Positions 60,651 through 64,000 of a stretch of DNA of 64,000 nucleotides are shown one piece after another (positions within the stretch are counted from its first letter, which is position 1; each line of letters begins with the position of its first letter). Both the position numbers and the translations under genes were made by a program. The DNA is from an uncultured Actinomycetota bacterium. Its GTDB lineage: Bacteria > Actinomycetota > Actinomycetes > JAHEKZ01. The stretch is taken from the NCBI GenBank assembly GCA_963718235.1, contig CAVQYR010000002.1, positions 32,001-96,000 of the forward strand, given 5' to 3'. The notes under the pieces are model-generated. The model did not search any database, was not told the origin of the DNA, and saw nothing but the letters and a program-made list of their open reading frames with translations.

Positions 60651-61430
60651 TCACCGGATGATGGCCTCCTGCTCGAAGTCGAGCGACTCGAGGATGTCGG
60701 TCAGCGCCATCTCCGACTGCACGTCGGCGTCCTTCGGCGAGATCGTCACGACCAATAGCTCGTCTTCGCCCACGGCGAGGACCGTCCACGAAAAGGTGCG
60801 ATCGGACCGCGCGAACCCGATGGTCTGCGGTCTCCAGTTCGCCGGCGAGTCGCGCAGAGCGACCAACGGCAGCGGGTCGTCTGCGGCGAACCGCCAGGCC
60901 TCACCCGCTCGTGGTGCCAGCTCAGTGGTCGAACCCAGCCACCCATCGGCCTGGACCCCGGTCGGTCGGCTGTTGTCGAGGTACGGATGGCCCAGGATCC
61001 AGGTCAGGAGCGACTCGTCCAAGGTCTCGGCTATGCGGGTCTTGGGGTCGTACACCTGATTCGGGACCCCGACAAAGATGGCGCTACCGACTGGTTTGTC
61101 GGTGCAGACGAAACTGACGAAGCCACCGTCGTGGGTCACCTCGTAGCCCTCGGGGACCTCGAACGTCAGCGGGATGGGCAGGCCGGAGCCGACCCCCGCG
61201 CGGGTGCCTTGCGCGGGTGCCACCGGGTCGCTCGCTCGGGTCGTCGGGAGCCCGCCGGAGACCACCCACAGCAGGAGCAGGACGCCGGCGGTGCACGCGG
61301 CAGCTACCACGAAGCGATGCCGTCGAGGTGGCGGGCGCAGGGCTCGCTCGAACGCCGCTGACGTGTCCGCCTCGGTGACGGACTGACGCAGCACGGCGCC
61401 GGCGCTGCGGCCGAGGGTGTCGATGGACAT
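60651..61430 (-). CDS. Single-TM protein, putative anti-sigma factor
   Basis: Coupled to the ECF stop (TGATG); short cytoplasmic N-terminus, RRHR + TM, extracellular FEVPEGY domain. Confidence 0.65.
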   Translation of the reverse strand: MSIDTLGRSAGAVLRQSVTEADTSAAFERALRPPPRRHRFVVAAACTAGVLLLLWVVSGGLPTTRASDPVAPAQGTRAGVGSGLPIPLTFEVPEGYEVTHDGGFVSFVCTDKPVGSAIFVGVPNQVYDPKTRIAETLDESLLTWILGHPYLDNSRPTGVQADGWLGSTTELAPRAGEAWRFAADDPLPLVALRDSPANWRPQTIGFARSDRTFSWTVLAVGEDELLVVTISPKDADVQSEMALTDILESLDFEQEAIIR

Positions 61431-61951
61431 CAGCTGGCCTCCGTTCCTGGGTCAGCCGTGGTGCCCATCCGGGACGCCAACGTCGCACGGGCCGCATGGA
61501 GGTGTGCTTTGACCGTCCCCTGGGCCACCTGAAGGGTGTCGGCCACGTCCTCGACGGACAGGTCGTACCCGTAGTAGAGGGCGACCACCTGGGCCTGCCG
61601 GCGAGGCAGCCGGCGAACCTCGGTCCAGAACGCCTCGGTGTCCTCGTCGACGCAGGCGTCGGTGACCGGGCGCGAGTTCAGTCGGAGCAGCGCTTTGGCC
61701 TCCGCCACCCGTCGCCGCACCTGGGAGACCGCCAGGTTGCAGCAGGCCCGCCGCACGTAGGCACCGGGGTTCTCGATCCGAGAGATGTCGTCCCACTGGC
61801 GGTGCAGCGCCAGCAACGCCTCCTGCGCCAGGTCCTCGGCCGTCTCCCGTGACCCGGTGAGGCCCCAGGCCACGGCGACGAGCCGGGGGTACTCCCGGCG
61901 GTAGACCGTTGCGTACGACTCGACGTCGGGCAGCCGGTCCACGCTGGTCAC
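61430..61951 (-). CDS. ECF sigma factor
   Basis: AEDLAQEA, PGAYVRR, LPRRQAQVVALYY, GTVKAHL; start placed at GTG 61951. Confidence 0.88.
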   Translation of the reverse strand: MTSVDRLPDVESYATVYRREYPRLVAVAWGLTGSRETAEDLAQEALLALHRQWDDISRIENPGAYVRRACCNLAVSQVRRRVAEAKALLRLNSRPVTDACVDEDTEAFWTEVRRLPRRQAQVVALYYGYDLSVEDVADTLQVAQGTVKAHLHAARATLASRMGTTADPGTEAS

Positions 61952-62093
61952 GAACCCATCGTGGCCAAGCGTCTCCACGAGTGGAACAGCCTTGGCTCTG
62001 CCAGTTTCGGACACATCTAGGAGTCGAAGGACGAGGGGCCTGAGGTTTAGGTGTGCCAGTGGGCGACGCGAGGGGCCTGAGAGCGCAGCCGGC

Positions 62094-63476
62094 TCAGAAG
62101 CCGAGGGTCCGCCAGAAGGCGGCGACGGACCGGCTGGGGCGTCCGGTCCGGGCCTCGCTGCGGTCACCCAGGGCCATCAGCGCCGTGACCGCGTTAGCAC
62201 CGATCCACCGGGCGGGCTCGGGCTCCCAGCGCCTCGACCGGCGACCCACCCACGGAAGCCCCACCCGCGGTGAGTCGGTCGCGGTGACCAGCTCGGCCAG
62301 GGTGCGTCCCGCGAGGTTCGCCGTCGCGACGCCGTCGCCCACATAGCCGCCGGCCCAGGCGACCCCGGACAGCCGGTCGAACCCGACGGAGGGGTACCAG
62401 TCGCGTGGGATGCCCAGGTTGCCCCCCCAGGCGTGGGTGAAGGCGGCGTCGCGGGCGGCCGGGAACAGCTCACCGAGGATGCGACGCAGCATCGCGTGCA
62501 CACCGTCGTCGTGGTCGAACTCCGGCGCGATCCGCGAGCCGAAGTGGTACGGCGCACCGCGACCACCGAAGGCGATCCGACCGTCGGCGGTCCGCTGTCC
62601 GTAGATCCGCAGGTGTCGCTTGTCGGCGAACGTCTGTCGTTGATCCAGACCGATCGACTTCCACGTGACGTCGTCCAGCGGTTCGGTGGCGACCATGAGC
62701 GAGTACATCGGGACGATGTCGCGGTGGTGTCCGTCGAGGTCCGGGGTGTATCCCTCGGTGGCGATCAGGACGACGTCGGCGCGGACGGTCCCGTGGCTCG
62801 TGGTGACGAGCCCTGGCCCGACGCCGGTGGCCGTGGTTCTCTCACAGATGCGCACCCCGCGGCCCTCGACGACGTCGGCCAGGCCGCGTACGAGCAGCGC
62901 CGGGTGGAGCGCCGCGCACCAGGGCGTGTAGGTGCCTCCGAGCGCGCCTTCGGCACGCACGTGCTCCCCGACCTCGTCCGGGCCGAGCAGGGTCAGGAAC
63001 TCGTCACCGAAACCCCATGCCCGCGCGTGCTCGACCTCTCGCTGGGAGCGGACCCACTGCCCCTGGTTCCGGGCCACCCCGACGTATCCACCCTTGGCGT
63101 AGTGGCAGTCGATGCCCTCGAGGGCGGCCACCCGTCCGATCTCGTCCACGCTGTCGTTCAGTGCGTGCTGAAGTGCGATCGCCTGCTCGCGGGTGCTGTC
63201 CCGGGCAATGCGCTGCCAGGGGGTGGGGAACAACGCCGAGGCCCAGCCGCCGTTGCGTCCGGAGGCGCCGAAGCCGGCGATCTCCTTCTCGACCACGATG
63301 ACCCGGATCGCCGGGTCCAGCTGGGTCAGGTAGTAGGCCGTCCAGAGCCCGGTGTAGCCGGCTCCGACGATGACCACGTCGGCGTCGGTGTCCCCCTGCA
63401 GTGGCGGCCGGGCTGTGAGCGGGCCGAGCACGGTGTCGTGCCACAGGCTCACCGAGCGGTACCTCACGTCGTCCAT
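62094..63476 (-). CDS. FAD-dependent oxidoreductase, DAO/PuuB-like
   Basis: VIVGAGYTGLW, FGASGRNGG, ATEGY, GGYVGDGV, WEPEP. Confidence 0.88.
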   Translation of the reverse strand: MDDVRYRSVSLWHDTVLGPLTARPPLQGDTDADVVIVGAGYTGLWTAYYLTQLDPAIRVIVVEKEIAGFGASGRNGGWASALFPTPWQRIARDSTREQAIALQHALNDSVDEIGRVAALEGIDCHYAKGGYVGVARNQGQWVRSQREVEHARAWGFGDEFLTLLGPDEVGEHVRAEGALGGTYTPWCAALHPALLVRGLADVVEGRGVRICERTTATGVGPGLVTTSHGTVRADVVLIATEGYTPDLDGHHRDIVPMYSLMVATEPLDDVTWKSIGLDQRQTFADKRHLRIYGQRTADGRIAFGGRGAPYHFGSRIAPEFDHDDGVHAMLRRILGELFPAARDAAFTHAWGGNLGIPRDWYPSVGFDRLSGVAWAGGYVGDGVATANLAGRTLAELVTATDSPRVGLPWVGRRSRRWEPEPARWIGANAVTALMALGDRSEARTGRPSRSVAAFWRTLGF

Positions 63477-63533
63477 GCTTCGACCGTAGGCGTTGCAGTG
63501 GCCGGCTGCCCGACGGGGTCGGATGATCGGGGG

Positions 63534-64000
63534 ATGGGTCGACTCGACGATGCCGAGCAGGTCAGCGCGGAGACGGTGTCCGACTGGCGCCAGTGGCTGG
63601 CGTCCAACCACCGACGGCCCGACGGTGTCTGGTTGGTGTCTTGGCGCAAGCACACCGGGCGCCCGGCGATGAGCTATGACGAGGCCGTGTGCGAGGCGTT
63701 GTGCGTCGGCTGGGTCGACAGCGTGCCACGCAAGCTGGACGACGACCGGACGATGCTCTACTTCGCTCCGCGCAAGCCGGGCAGCGGCTGGTCGGCACCG
63801 AACAAGGAGCGGGTCGAGCGGCTGGAGCGGGCGGGCCGGATGAAGGCGGCAGGTGCGCGGGTCGTCGCCGCGGCGCGGGTCGACGGGTCGTGGGCGAAGC
63901 TGGACGCCGTCGAGGCGCTCGAGGTGCCGGACGACCTGGGGGCGGCCCTGGACGCGCGACCCCCAGCCCGCGAGCGGTTCGAGGGGTTCCCGCGCTCGAC
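63534..64000 (+). CDS. YdeI/OmpD-associated family protein; runs off window end
   Basis: Not in ORF track. MGRLDDAEQV...WRQWL..NH...GVWL...EALCVGWVDS...PRKPGSGWSAPNK. Confidence 0.85.
   Translation, partial: MGRLDDAEQVSAETVSDWRQWLASNHRRPDGVWLVSWRKHTGRPAMSYDEAVCEALCVGWVDSVPRKLDDDRTMLYFAPRKPGSGWSAPNKERVERLERAGRMKAAGARVVAAARVDGSWAKLDAVEALEVPDDLGAALDARPPARERFEGFPRS

Overview
High-GC actinobacterial chromosomal segment. It has a conserved backbone (dtd, rsiG, XRE/HBHA-like/DUF2516, mshA-ybjN-gpmA-phoU-senX3-regX3, carD-ispD-ispF-cysS-rlmB-tRNA-Thr) interrupted by accessory blocks: an arsenic cluster, a P1B-5 ATPase with hemerythrin, an ATPase-less peptide ABC system with a PHP hydrolase, oxidative pentose-phosphate genes, an ECF/YciI pair, a copper chaperone plus Dyp peroxidase, a cyclase-STAND-TPR protein, a giant Ig-like surface protein and an amidinotransferase/deacylase/decarboxylase cluster. 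Scattered small frameshifts in unrelated genes suggest an unpolished long-read assembly. I found no CRISPR array, rRNA, integrase or transposase. Best leads: (1) a His-rich membrane ORF ending in the RAPP ribosome-arrest motif, whose RAPP/H codons are complementary to the Shine-Dalgarno of the downstream PCuAC-Dyp genes (candidate metal-sensing arrest-peptide switch); (2) an AbiEi-like/DUF559 nuclease gene bracketed by two 52-bp bipartite palindromes, plus other dispersed palindrome families (candidate REP-like selfish system); (3) a ~1200-aa DUF4388 protein with tandem MshEN-like motifs, 14 W-x2-H repeats of 19-aa period, a 13-aa charged helical array and a basic/amphipathic tail, near c-di-GMP-binding RsiG. 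All family assignments come from reading motifs by eye, not from database searches.
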